DNA from: Abditibacteriaceae bacterium
Lineage (GTDB): Bacteria > Armatimonadota > Abditibacteriia > Abditibacteriales > Abditibacteriaceae
Direction: 5' to 3'
Assembly (NCBI GenBank): GCA_031425655.1
Contig: JANPJS010000114.1
Span: forward strand, 1-58,435
DNA: 58,435 nt
Part shown: positions 9,237 through 18,771 of the stretch, one piece after another
Layout of the letters: each line of letters starts with the position of its first letter
Position numbering within the stretch: the first letter of the stretch is position 1
Notes under the pieces: model-generated
The model's database searches: none
What the model was told of the DNA's origin: nothing
Seen by the model: only the letters and a program-made list of their open reading frames with translations
Translations under genes and position numbers: made by a program

Positions 9237-10520
9237 TCACTTTACGGCCAGCATTTCCTGCGTGACTTTGCCTTTTTGCTTTTGCGCGGCGGTTTGCACG
9301 TCGTCGCGCGACATGATGTTGAGGTTTTGCGCGTTGTGCCCGGCGTCGGCGTATTTCGACGACAGCAATTCTTCGACGCCCGTTACGCCCTCGAAGCCGC
9401 GCGACACTACGTTGTAAAGCGGATCGCGCTCGACGGGTTCACGGCCCGCTTCGACGATCATTTCGACTAATTGGCGGCTTGTCAGAACTTGCTTGCGGTC
9501 GCGCGCCGGGTCGCGGATGATTTCGTATTCCATGATCGTCCCGTCCACGTCGTCGGCGCCATACCAAAGCGCGGTTTGCGTGACCGGCGCAGTATTCATA
9601 ATCCAGAAACTCTTAACGTGCGGGAAGTTATCGAGCATCAAGCGCGCGACGGCGATTTCGCGCAAATCTTCGACGCCGGTCGGCGGCGCGATATGTTCCA
9701 GCGCGGTTTTTTCGGGATGCCACGAAAGCGGAATAAAGGTCAGAAAACCGCCGGTTGTGGTTGCCAGACTTTCGTCTTGTGTTTCGCGCAGTTTGACGAA
9801 GTGTTCGACTTTTTCCGGCGTTTGCTCGACGTGGCCATAAAGCAAAGTCGCGTTGCTTTTCAATCCGGCGCGATGCGCGGCCTGGGCCAGTTCGAGCCAG
9901 CGTTCGGCGTTGGGTTTGGCAGCGAAAAGGTCTTCGTGGACGCGCTCGCTCATCACTTCGGCGCCACCGCCGGGCAAAGCGTCCAAACCGGCAGCTTTTA
10001 AGTCGGCGAAAATCTCGTCTATCGGCTTTTTGGCGGCGCGCACGATTTGATCCATCTCCACCATCGTGAAGGCTTTAATATGCGCTTCGGGACGCGCCGC
10101 TTTGATGGCGCGCAGCAATTCCAGATAATAGGAATACGGCAGTTTCGGGTTCACGCCGCCCACGACGTGCAATTCGGTAATCGGCACGTCGCGGTAATTC
10201 GAGACTTTAGCCGCCGCTTGTTCGGGCGTCATCGTGTAGGCGCGCAGATCGTCTTTCGGGCGCGCGTAAAACGAGCAAAACAGGCAGCCTTTGTTGCAAA
10301 CGTTGGTGTAATTGATGTGCTGATTGCGAACCCAGTAAGCGATGTTGCCGTTCAAGCGCTCGCGCACGATGTTGGCGAGATAACCGACGACGTTCAATTG
10401 CGGCGCCGCGTAAAGGCGCATTCCGTCATCGAAGCTGAGGCGCTCGCCGGCGCGCACTTTTTCGTGAATGTCCGCCAATTTTGCCGCTTCGACGGCGCGT
10501 TTCCAAATCAAATCGCTCAT
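9237..10520 (-). CDS. mqnE: Aminofutalosine synthase (radical SAM)
   Basis: NQHINYTNVCNKGCLFCSF, ELHVVGG, HIKAFT, PGGGAEV, HVKSFWIM, YGADDVDGT. Confidence 0.88.
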   Translation of the reverse strand: MSDLIWKRAVEAAKLADIHEKVRAGERLSFDDGMRLYAAPQLNVVGYLANIVRERLNGNIAYWVRNQHINYTNVCNKGCLFCSFYARPKDDLRAYTMTPEQAAAKVSNYRDVPITELHVVGGVNPKLPYSYYLELLRAIKAARPEAHIKAFTMVEMDQIVRAAKKPIDEIFADLKAAGLDALPGGGAEVMSERVHEDLFAAKPNAERWLELAQAAHRAGLKSNATLLYGHVEQTPEKVEHFVKLRETQDESLATTTGGFLTFIPLSWHPEKTALEHIAPPTGVEDLREIAVARLMLDNFPHVKSFWIMNTAPVTQTALWYGADDVDGTIMEYEIIRDPARDRKQVLTSRQLVEMIVEAGREPVERDPLYNVVSRGFEGVTGVEELLSSKYADAGHNAQNLNIMSRDDVQTAAQKQKGKVTQEMLAVK

Positions 10521-10674
10521 GGTATTTTCTTCCAAAAAGTCTAACAGCCCCAACGAATCGCACCGCAGCGCGTTGCCGCTTGCGCTAATCACAGCAATCG
10601 GTTTCGTCTTCGTCTTGCCATATCAAAATTAGTGCAATTCAACAACGCGCCAGTGTCAAAACGCGCAATTCATC

Positions 10675-10716
10675 TGCTATAATTTGGGCAACGCTTTCTT
10701 TCATGAAGGCTATAAT
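10675..10716 (+). promoter_or_regulatory. Putative sigma70 extended -10 promoter
   Basis: TGcTATAAT at 10675-10683 and a second TATAAT at 10711-10716 upstream of ATG 10730. Confidence 0.45.
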
Positions 10717-10729
10717 TCGAGGAAGAAAT

Positions 10730-11674
10730 ATGAAACACAAAGCAAGTTGGAGCAGGATGTTGGGCATGGCGGCAGTCGCGGCCACGTTGGGTTTATCGTC
10801 AGTCGTATTGACGGGTTGCAGCGGAGGCGGCAACGTGTTGGGCGGCGGCGGCCCGGTTGTCAACGGAAATTTCGTCGGCGTGGCGGCTAATTTAGGCGCA
10901 GGACGCACCGGCACGTTTGCACTGGAATCGCGCAGTGACAACACCATGGAAGGCACGGTCACAGTTGTTGCGCCGGCGGCCCCGTTAGCCCGCATTTCTG
11001 CAGCCGCCGTAAGCTTGCCTCCCGGCGTTTACCCTTTTCAGGGAACGCGCAACGGCAATAGCTTCACCGGCAGTGGCCGTTACACCGGCACTCCGGCCTT
11101 CGATTTCACTGTCGGCGGCACCCTTTCCACGACAGCCAACGCCGGTAGTTGGACGATCTCCGGTTCAGTTAACGGCGAACCGTTCGAGTTCTTGGGAGCG
11201 ATCAACGTCACGACCGGTGGCGGCGGTGGAGGTGGCGGCAACGCCTCGTTTACCTTTTCCAACAGCGGCAGCAACGCGAATACGGGTTCGTTTAGCAGCG
11301 CTGCCGATGTCGGCACGTCCTATGTTGTAGCCGGCGAACGCTTTTTAAATGCCTCGTTTACCGATGTGACCAATCCGGCCAGCCCTCGCATTATTAGCAT
11401 CACGGTTACCAAATCCAGCGCATTCGTTGTCGGCGACACTTTTGGTCAAGCCGGTCGCAGCGTAGGATACAGCGAAGGCGCGCCGCCGTCCAAGTTGTGG
11501 AATTCACGCGGTGGCACCGCGAAAATCACGGCGATTAATGGCACTAACTACACAATCGAATTAACCAACGTCGCCATGGAGCCGACAGGTTTTGGACTTC
11601 CCGGCCAGGTCAACAACGCCAGCGGCAATTTCACGATTAACGGCAGCGGAACCGTCGTTATCACAGCGCAATAA
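10730..11674 (+). CDS. Hypothetical lipoprotein (Gly/Thr/Asn-rich, two beta-rich domains)
   Basis: Lipobox LTG-C after a hydrophobic stretch; poly-Gly linker. Confidence 0.82.
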   Translation: MKHKASWSRMLGMAAVAATLGLSSVVLTGCSGGGNVLGGGGPVVNGNFVGVAANLGAGRTGTFALESRSDNTMEGTVTVVAPAAPLARISAAAVSLPPGVYPFQGTRNGNSFTGSGRYTGTPAFDFTVGGTLSTTANAGSWTISGSVNGEPFEFLGAINVTTGGGGGGGGNASFTFSNSGSNANTGSFSSAADVGTSYVVAGERFLNASFTDVTNPASPRIISITVTKSSAFVVGDTFGQAGRSVGYSEGAPPSKLWNSRGGTAKITAINGTNYTIELTNVAMEPTGFGLPGQVNNASGNFTINGSGTVVITAQ

Positions 11675-11693
11675 GTCACAAAGTCGCATCCAA

Positions 11694-11729
11694 GCAAAAA
11701 GTCACGGCCCTCGCCGTGGCTTTTTGTTT
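11694..11729 (+). terminator. Intrinsic terminator
   Basis: GCAAAAAGTCACGG-loop-CCGTGGCTTTTTGT. Confidence 0.65.
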
Positions 11730-11739
11730 TCTCGCCGGA

Positions 11740-11768
11740 TTGACGCCCTTTGAGCAAATTGCTATTAA
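11740..11768 (+). promoter_or_regulatory. Putative fucI promoter
   Basis: TTGACG-N17-TATTAA with TG extension. Confidence 0.4.
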
Positions 11769-11801
11769 CTTAGCCCAGAAATCCGCGAACCAAAGGAATC
11801 C

Positions 11802-13709
11802 ATGGCTAACACCAGCAATTTGAATGTGAATGCGCCGACCAATCGTCTGCGCGGCTCTCTGCCGAAAATCGGCATCCGTCCGACTATTGATGGCCGCTAC
11901 GGCGGCGTGCGCGAATCGCTCGAAGACACCGTGATGAGCATGGCGCAAAACGTCGCCGAATTTCTGGGCGAAAATCTGCGCCACTCGTGCGGTCTGCCGG
12001 TCGAATTCATCCTTGCCGACACCTGCATCGGCGGCGCGTCCGAAGCCGCCAAATGCGCCGAAAAGTTTGGACGCGAAAACGTCGGCGTTTCGATAACCGT
12101 CACGCCGGCTTGGTGCTACGGCAGCGAGACGATGGACATGACGCCGAACATTCCCAAAGCGATTTGGGGCTTCAACGGGACGGAGCGGCCCGGCGCAGTT
12201 TATCTCGCAGCGGTTTTGTCCGGGCATTCGCAAAAAGGCATTCCCGCCTTCGGCATTTATGGCCGCGACGTGCAGGACGGCGGCGACGAAACCATCCCCG
12301 ACGACGTGCAGGAAAAGCTGCTGCAATTCGCCCGCGCCGCTCTCGCCGTCGCTTCGATGAAAGGCACCAGTTACTTAGCGATGGGCGGCGTTTCGATGGG
12401 CATCGCCGGTTCGATTGTTGACCAGCCGTTTTTTGAAGAATATCTCGGAATGCGCGTCGAATCCAAAGACATGACCGAATTCGTGCGCCGTTTCGAGCGC
12501 GAAATCTACGATAAAGATGAATTCGAGCGCGCACTGACTTGGGTTAAAGAAAATTGCCCCGAAGGCCAAGACTGGAACGAGGAAAAGGCGCGTTCGCGCG
12601 AGCAAAAAGACGCCGATTGGCAAACCAGCATCAAAATGGCGCTCATCGCGCGCGACATGATGATCGGCAATCCGCGCCTTGCCGAACTCGGTTTCAAAGA
12701 GGAAGCCGAAGGTCACAACGCCATCGCGGGCGGCTTTCAAGGCCAGCGCCAGTGGACGGATCACTTTCCCAACGGCGACTTTTTAGAAGCGATTCTCAAC
12801 ACCAGTTTCGATTGGAACGGCATTCGCCAGCCGTTTATCGTAGCCACCGAAAACGATTCGCTCAACGGCGCTTCGATGCTGCTCGGCCATCTTCTCACGG
12901 GCACGCCGCAGCTTTTCGCCGACGTTCGCACTTATTGGAGCGCCGAAGCCGTGCGCCGCGTGACCGGCTACGATTTGGAAGCCGTCGCTGCCGAAACACT
13001 GGGCCGCATGAACGATTTAATGGAAGCCGGCGCCGATGATGACGAACTGATGGACGCCTTCGACGACTCGCAAACCGTCGCGCCCGACGGCTTTTTGCAT
13101 CTCATCAACTCCGGCCCGGCGGCCTTAGATTGGACAGGCGAGCAAACCGACGACGAAGGCGACCCGATTGTTAAACCGTGGTGGCAAGTGACAGCCGATG
13201 AAGCCGGCGCCTGCCTCGATGCGACGAAATGGTGCCCTTCGATGACCGAATACTTCCCCGGCGGCGGTTGGAGCACCGATTTCACAACGCGCGGCAATAT
13301 GCCGGTCACGATGTATCGCATCAACTTAGTCAAAGGTCTCGGCCCGGTTTTGCAAATCGCCGAAGGCTTTTCGATTGATTTGCCCAACGACGTGCATAAA
13401 ATTTTAGACGAGCGCACCAACCCGACATGGCCAACGACGTGGTTCGTGCCTAATTTAACCGGCGAAGGCCCGTTTGTGGACGTGTATTCCGTGATGAACG
13501 CGTGGGGCGCCAATCACGGCGCGATTTCCTACGGCCACATCGGCGGCGATTTAATCACGCTCGCTTCGATGCTGCGGATTCCCGTTGATATGCACAACGT
13601 GCCCGGCGAGCGCGTTTTTCGTCCCAGCGTGTGGACACGCTTCGGCGCAATGGAGCCGCAAAGCGCCGATTACCGCGCTTGTCAGGCGTTTGGGCCGCTT
13701 TATCGGTAG
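11802..13709 (+). CDS. fucI: L-fucose isomerase
   Basis: [59 protein letters not shown]. Confidence 0.96.
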   Translation: MANTSNLNVNAPTNRLRGSLPKIGIRPTIDGRYGGVRESLEDTVMSMAQNVAEFLGENLRHSCGLPVEFILADTCIGGASEAAKCAEKFGRENVGVSITVTPAWCYGSETMDMTPNIPKAIWGFNGTERPGAVYLAAVLSGHSQKGIPAFGIYGRDVQDGGDETIPDDVQEKLLQFARAALAVASMKGTSYLAMGGVSMGIAGSIVDQPFFEEYLGMRVESKDMTEFVRRFEREIYDKDEFERALTWVKENCPEGQDWNEEKARSREQKDADWQTSIKMALIARDMMIGNPRLAELGFKEEAEGHNAIAGGFQGQRQWTDHFPNGDFLEAILNTSFDWNGIRQPFIVATENDSLNGASMLLGHLLTGTPQLFADVRTYWSAEAVRRVTGYDLEAVAAETLGRMNDLMEAGADDDELMDAFDDSQTVAPDGFLHLINSGPAALDWTGEQTDDEGDPIVKPWWQVTADEAGACLDATKWCPSMTEYFPGGGWSTDFTTRGNMPVTMYRINLVKGLGPVLQIAEGFSIDLPNDVHKILDERTNPTWPTTWFVPNLTGEGPFVDVYSVMNAWGANHGAISYGHIGGDLITLASMLRIPVDMHNVPGERVFRPSVWTRFGAMEPQSADYRACQAFGPLYR

Positions 13710-13747
13710 GTTTTGAAACTGGTGTAGAGGCTAAGGAGTAGGTTAGA

Positions 13748-13865
13748 TAAGTAGTCAGACCTATTTAGTTTAGACTATCGACCAAAGGCACAAACCGCTT
13801 TTTGCACTCAAATGAGCAATGAGTTGCCAAAGCAAAGGTCTAATGTAATTAGGTCCGACTACTTA
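13748..13865. mobile_element. MITE with TA-flanked terminal inverted repeats (IS630-like), inside a hairpin
   Basis: TAAGTAGTCAGACCTATTTAGTTTAGAC / GTCTAATGTAATTAGGTCCGACTACTTA; outer arms AGGAGTAGGTTA (13734-13745) / TAACCTACTCCT (13874-13885). Confidence 0.65.
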
Positions 13866-13926
13866 TGACCTTTTAACCTACTCCTCTCACGCAGGCGCAT
13901 TTGAGTCATTAAAAGGAAACCTCACA

Positions 13927-16116
13927 ATGGACGTGTCAAAACAGAAGGTTTTGGTAGTCGGCGACCTAATGCTTGATCGAACGTGGCTTACTTCGTTTCG
14001 GGCCAGCCCGACCTCTGAAAGCCATGCCAATGTCGAGCCGCACACGCGATTCAATCCCGAAGCGATTGACGTTCGTGCTGGCGGGGCGGGAATGACTGCA
14101 CTGTCAATTTCTTCACACCCTATGGATACCGAGGTGCATCTGTTGTCCTCCGATTGCCATTCCGATGACGTTAGAGTTTTTCAAAATCTGGGTCTATGGC
14201 GGGCCGAAACATCCGACTGTTCAGAAGAAAATCGGCCTCCTCATGCGGTGACTTGGCATATTCTTGAATGGGATCCGAGCATCAAACCAATAACAACTGT
14301 TAAGTTCCGAATATTTGACCGCATGGCCGGACAGACTCCGAAATTACGTCATCGCTTCGATCAAGACCCTCCCAATGATTCCAAAATCGAACCTTGCCTT
14401 CCGGCATCGTTGCCGCAGGATATCGATATTGTCTTCCTCTCTGAATTCAACAAAGGAGCAATCACCGAAAATTTGCTAATGGCATTGCAGGAACGTTACT
14501 GCAAGGCCTTCTGGCTATTGGAAGCTAAAAATAAGAAGTTGCTTGAATCGTTTGGCAACAACATTACGAATAAACGCTTCGTCATCCTCTCTAATCGCAG
14601 CGAAGCAGAGCAGCTATTTACCTCCACCTTGTCGGATCCGTCAAAAAAGGCTCCTCAAAAGACGACCTTGAACGGCAAAAAGACGATTATCTGGCCTCAT
14701 CTCCTCCACCACGGCTCTAAATTCCTTACCGACACCGGCTGGCAGGGTCTAATTTTAGTAGTGAAACTTGATGAAGATGGCGCAGTAGCCTTTTGGCGAG
14801 ATTCGACCAATCAAAACTTGCACGATTCCCCGGTTCAGGATGCAAAGGTGTGGGTCTGTGCTGCATCAGGTGATAAGTTCCCCAATGTCGCTGGCATTGG
14901 TGCGCGTGATTTTTTTAGTGCAGGATGCATCAATGCAATCATACAGCGCGGGAAGGTAACTACCACCTCACAGCTAGTCGAATCATTGCTTATAGGCGGT
15001 ATTGACTACGCTCAACGCTGGATAAAATTCAGCGACGTTGAGTTTTGGGAATCGAAGGCTCATAAAGAGAAAAAGAACGGCAAGGGATTGCGCGATTGCC
15101 CTTGGCCGCAGGATTTACAGACTTACAGCCAGTCAAAGCTCAAGTATCCGATACTTGACAGAAGGCCAGAGGCTGTCGAAGCTGCAATTAGACGAAGTCA
15201 ATCCGCAACCAAATACCCAAAAAATCTTGGCAAAACCGGCAAACCAAAGGAATTGACGTTGAGTGAGGCGAAGGGTTATTTGGGCGAATTTCTCACGGTA
15301 GACCCAGTAAAGGGCGATCTCATTAGTCGCTTCGCTGATGAAATCAAAGAGTATTTTGAGCGCACGGTGAAAACCCGACCTTTGAACTGCGCTATCTGGG
15401 CGGATCCAGGGTCGGGAAAATCCTTCTTCGCCAAAGAAGTCGCAGCTTTTGCGAAAGCCCATTTTACTGAGATAAACGTCAGTCAGATGACCTCGACACA
15501 AGAACTTTTGAACCAATTGGGTTACATTGCGGGGAACAAACGCGACAGGTTGGTTTTACTGCTGGACGAGGTAGAGACACTAATTCAGGGCAGTCATGTT
15601 TATCCGCAACTTCTGGCTCCGCTCTGGGACGGAACCGTGGCGTCGGAACGAGGCCTGCTTGATTTGGGGCGGCGATTCGTTTGCATCCTTGTCGCAAGTA
15701 AAGAAGGATTCAAAACGGGGGAAAATTTCGTTCGGCAAATCGCAAACGAGAAGAACGCAAAGGGGCCTGACTTAGCTTCCAGAATTAATGGCCGAGTCAT
15801 GACCCTCCAAGCGCCAAGTAACGCAGACCGCGCTTACATGGCTGCGAGTCTCATAAAGCGCAATTTTGGAGAAACGGTTTCACAAGTTCACTTCGGGCTT
15901 CTTGATTTCATTGTCAAAGGCAAGCTATCACCGCGTAAAATAGAGCAGTTGTTGGGCGGAGTGAAGCAACCGCGCGACGGATGTATAACAAAGGACGATT
16001 GGAAGCATCTGGTAGAAGACGGGAGCACCTTTTTGGCTCGGTTGAGCACTAAAATGACACAAACCGAAATTTCCGCCTACGTTCGCAACACCGAAATTGT
16101 CACCATCAAAGAGTGA
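13927..16116 (+). CDS. HldE/PfkB-like kinase-fold domain fused to C-terminal AAA-type ATPase
   Basis: KVLVVGDLMLD, GGAG, TTVKFRI, SEFNKG, VVKLDEDGA, GIGARD; Walker A ADPGSGKS, Walker B LLLDEVE, GPDLASRI; AT-richer than flanks. Confidence 0.75.
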   Translation: MDVSKQKVLVVGDLMLDRTWLTSFRASPTSESHANVEPHTRFNPEAIDVRAGGAGMTALSISSHPMDTEVHLLSSDCHSDDVRVFQNLGLWRAETSDCSEENRPPHAVTWHILEWDPSIKPITTVKFRIFDRMAGQTPKLRHRFDQDPPNDSKIEPCLPASLPQDIDIVFLSEFNKGAITENLLMALQERYCKAFWLLEAKNKKLLESFGNNITNKRFVILSNRSEAEQLFTSTLSDPSKKAPQKTTLNGKKTIIWPHLLHHGSKFLTDTGWQGLILVVKLDEDGAVAFWRDSTNQNLHDSPVQDAKVWVCAASGDKFPNVAGIGARDFFSAGCINAIIQRGKVTTTSQLVESLLIGGIDYAQRWIKFSDVEFWESKAHKEKKNGKGLRDCPWPQDLQTYSQSKLKYPILDRRPEAVEAAIRRSQSATKYPKNLGKTGKPKELTLSEAKGYLGEFLTVDPVKGDLISRFADEIKEYFERTVKTRPLNCAIWADPGSGKSFFAKEVAAFAKAHFTEINVSQMTSTQELLNQLGYIAGNKRDRLVLLLDEVETLIQGSHVYPQLLAPLWDGTVASERGLLDLGRRFVCILVASKEGFKTGENFVRQIANEKNAKGPDLASRINGRVMTLQAPSNADRAYMAASLIKRNFGETVSQVHFGLLDFIVKGKLSPRKIEQLLGGVKQPRDGCITKDDWKHLVEDGSTFLARLSTKMTQTEISAYVRNTEIVTIKE

Positions 16117-16290
16117 GATTGCGAGGCTAATTGCGCGCATTGTTCGGAAGACCACTATCGCTGCCGTTCTGTGTTGCTCCAATTTATGTCCGCACAGCCA
16201 CTCTGTTTCCTGCGTCCTCGATAATGCTGCTGCATTGCGTTTACCACCACGATACGCAGGATGAAGCAACTTTTTCGGCAAGATGTTGAT

Positions 16291-16343
16291 CCGCAAGCGC
16301 CGATTACCATGCGTGTTAGGCGTTTGGGCCGCTTTATCGGTAA
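16291..16343 (+). repeat. Diverged direct repeat of the fucI 3' end
   Basis: Matches 13656-13709; perfect 25-mer AGGCGTTTGGGCCGCTTTATCGGTA at 13684-13708 and 16318-16342. Confidence 0.9.
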
Positions 16344-16346
16344 AGA

Positions 16347-16383
16347 GCAAAGTTCCCGGTTCTCACCGAACCGGGAACTTTGC
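16347..16383 (+). terminator. Strong hairpin/terminator after the duplicated fucI end
   Basis: GCAAAGTTCCCGGTTC-TCACC-GAACCGGGAACTTTGC. Confidence 0.75.
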
Positions 16384-16408
16384 ATGACTTAATGGCCTTT
16401 ACATTCTT

Positions 16409-16948
16409 ATGAAACTCTCCAAGATTCTCACGTCATTTTGCACCGCCGCCGCGCTGCTTCTGACTGTCTCAGCGGCACACGCCGCGCCCGCCGATTTCAC
16501 GGTGCAATCCGCGACCAGCGATGCCACGTTCAAATTGTCCGAGGCCAAAGGAAAATTCGTGGCTTTGCATTTCCTGCTCAAGACCGAATGCCCGCTTTGC
16601 CTGCGTCACACGCGAGATCACTTTGCCAAAGCGTCGAAGCTGCCTAACGTCGTTCAAGTGTTTCTCAAGCCCGACACGCCCGAAGAAATCAAAGCGTGGG
16701 CCGGCAAAATTCCTGCGGAAGAACTCGCCAAAAACTCGATTTACCGCGACCCAGACGCGAAATTGGCCAAAGATTTCGAGGTTCCCAACGGCTACTTTTT
16801 TCACGGCCAAACCGTGCATTTTCCCGCATTAATTTTGCTGGGGCCGGACGGCAAAGAAGTTTTCCGTTACGTCGGCAAGAACAATGGCGACCGCTACTCG
16901 TTCGACAAACTGGCGGCCAAAGTCGCCGAACTGTCGAAAGAGAAATAA
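16409..16948 (+). CDS. Secreted thioredoxin-fold redoxin (AhpC/TSA-like)
   Basis: Signal peptide AHA-A, PADFTV, CPLC, FPALILLGPDGK. Confidence 0.85.
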   Translation: MKLSKILTSFCTAAALLLTVSAAHAAPADFTVQSATSDATFKLSEAKGKFVALHFLLKTECPLCLRHTRDHFAKASKLPNVVQVFLKPDTPEEIKAWAGKIPAEELAKNSIYRDPDAKLAKDFEVPNGYFFHGQTVHFPALILLGPDGKEVFRYVGKNNGDRYSFDKLAAKVAELSKEK

Positions 16949-16962
16949 TAATCCGAAACTTC

Positions 16963-17069
16963 AAACGGCGCCTGCGAAAATGCAGGCGCCGTTTTGTGTT
17001 TCGCGTTGGCTAAAGCATGAGCATGACCACCGAAACCGCTACGCCTGCCGCTTTGCCCAAACGCCACGA
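16963..17069 (+). repeat. Diverged duplicate of terminator + pepF 5' end
   Basis: AAACGGCGCCTGCGAAAATGCAGGCGCCGTTT...ATGACCACCGAAACCGCTACGCCTGCCGCTTTGCCCAAACGCCACGAA matches 19015-19122. Confidence 0.9.
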
Positions 17070-17202
17070 ATCCAAATTCCTGCTATGATTCAAAATATCC
17101 TCATGAAAGTAAGACTGGGGTCGTGGATCATAGGGAAAAGGGTTTATACCTGTTGAGATCGCATTTCAGGTAGCCTGTGCTATTTCCAGCCAAGCTTTAC
17201 CA

Positions 17203-17418
17203 ATGCCGCGTATTGCTCCTTCTGCCGACGAAGGGGTGGCGATCTCTTATCGCAAAGAAAATCGCTTTGGCATGATTGAATTTTTCAATACCGGCGAAAT
17301 TGTGGCTGTGACTTCTGAAGGCACGTCGCGTCCAGTTGTGTAGGATGTTACAGCCTCCAGGCCTGCCATCGCTGATTCATTCAAGCGCATTGCTGAGTTT
17401 CTCCAACTCACGTCGTAG
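17203..17418 (+). pseudogene. Decayed small gene (possible partner/antitoxin) with internal TAG
   Basis: Reads MPRIAPSADEGVAISYRKENRFGMIEFFNTGEIVAVTSEGTSRPVV*DVTASRPAIADSFKRIAEFLQLTS*; stop at 17341-17343; 5' part also broken. Confidence 0.5.
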
Positions 17419-17782
17419 CTTTCTTTCCTACCCGCTATGTGCAATTCAGACGAAACTGCCAAAGATGGCAGGCCTGAACGGATGTATCAAAACTCAAGGC
17501 CAACTGTTGAAGCCTTCGCGGATAGCGAGATGCTTTATTTCCGCGTTGATTCCAATGGCTTTACTGAAAAAGGAGAGGCAACTTACCACATCGAACCAGA
17601 TGCAGTTCGGCCTCCTGACCAATCTGTAAATCGTCATAATGGAACCCAGCAGTTTGGTCAACCCGAAGATGTTCTCTGGGATTCACACTTTGGAATTCAT
17701 CATACCGAGGACGGCGTTGCAGAAATCCCAGTCAGCGCGATTCCCGAACGTCTTGAAGTGGAAGACAGCCCCATAGTATTTA

Positions 17783-18771
17783 GCCCAAGTTGCTACCTAT
17801 AAGCATGAGATGGCATAGGCGAGAACAAAGCAGGTGAGTTTAAGTTCCAATCTCTGCTGTGTGACGGCATGGATGCGCTTGGGAAACAAGTTTGTGATTT
17901 GGCTGATGGCGGTTTCGACTTGTTGGCGAATGGGTTTGGAGACAAATTCAACCCACGGTGGCATGACTCGCTTCGCATTGCGTTTGCGTAAAGGCTGCAA
18001 GATAATCCCACCCGCTTCGCGCAACAGGTCTTCTTCGCCATAGTCGTTGTAGCCCTTGTCCGCGTGAATGAGCGAGCCGGGCGGCAACTCCAACTCCAAA
18101 TGACGAAAACCCGTTGGGTCGGCTATGCTGCCCGGCGTGAGCACAAACTCCACCGGTTCACCCTGTCCGGTGATGAGCAATTGCACCTTGAACCCGAAGA
18201 AATAGCTCTTCTTGCTGGCGCAATAACCCCGAAAAGACTCTTTATGCAATTTGGGAAAGAGTTTGCAGCGTTGGATACGGATATTGTGGCAGACCGGAAC
18301 GGGAAAAGAATCCACCACATAAGCGCCACTGGTATTGTGCTCTCGGAAGACCTGAGCCGGAAGACCTGAGCCAACAAGCGAAACAGCGTATGCCACAAAC
18401 TCTTGAGCAAGGCGCTCAAGCAACGACTCAAGCAACGACTCAAGCGCGAGGCTCTCAGATGCACTTTGAAGTAGCCGTGGCCATGCAAAAAAGCGCGGGT
18501 TCTGGCCATGTTGCCCCCAAATTCTGGCCATGTTGCCCCCAAATTCTCGCCATGTTCCTCCAAAGCAGGCGCAAGCAACCACAGGCACAGTCATGACTTC
18601 GGCACAAGAAGACAGGCTCTGAAGGTTGTCGTGGTGCTTCAGGGCTTTGAGCAAGTCGTCGCACAAGCAATAAATGGTGGTAATGATATCCTGCATTTGG
18701 GTCTCCTGATTGGTGAGTTGGTGCTCTCAATCGGGAGACTATCTGCTTCGTCAATAAGTAGAAACTTGGGT
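17783..18771 (-). mobile_element. IS982-family insertion sequence
   Basis: TIRs GCCCAAGTTGCTAC / GTAGAAACTTGGGT; 9-bp target duplication TAGTATTTA (17774-17782, 18772-18780). Confidence 0.92.
17797..18696 (-). CDS. IS982 DDE transposase with an internally frameshifted segment
   Basis: ITTIYCLCDD, VVDSFPVPVC, GYCASKKSYFFGFK, ADKGY, RQQVETAISQ; internal tandem duplications. Confidence 0.85.
   Translation of the reverse strand: MQDIITTIYCLCDDLLKALKHHDNLQSLSSCAEVMTVPVVACACFGGTWREFGGNMARIWGQHGQNPRFFAWPRLLQSASESLALESLLESLLERLAQEFVAYAVSLVGSGLPAQVFREHNTSGAYVVDSFPVPVCHNIRIQRCKLFPKLHKESFRGYCASKKSYFFGFKVQLLITGQGEPVEFVLTPGSIADPTGFRHLELELPPGSLIHADKGYNDYGEEDLLREAGGIILQPLRKRNAKRVMPPWVEFVSKPIRQQVETAISQITNLFPKRIHAVTQQRLELKLTCFVLAYAISCL

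Noticed and set aside
5409..10520. CofH/FO synthase assignment for the two radical SAM genes
   Set aside because: Motifs (DFGSTMMEENVV; HIKAFT, KSFWIM, DDVDGT) fit the MqnC and MqnE pair, and no cofG is present
11676..12326. 216-aa antisense ORF over fucI; similarly 31476-32600 over ftsK and many others
   Set aside because: Shadow ORFs of GC-rich genes with no motifs
17783..17802. ORF 17437-17802 as a complete gene
   Set aside because: Its last residues and stop come from the IS982 end; the true 3' part lies at 18781-18962
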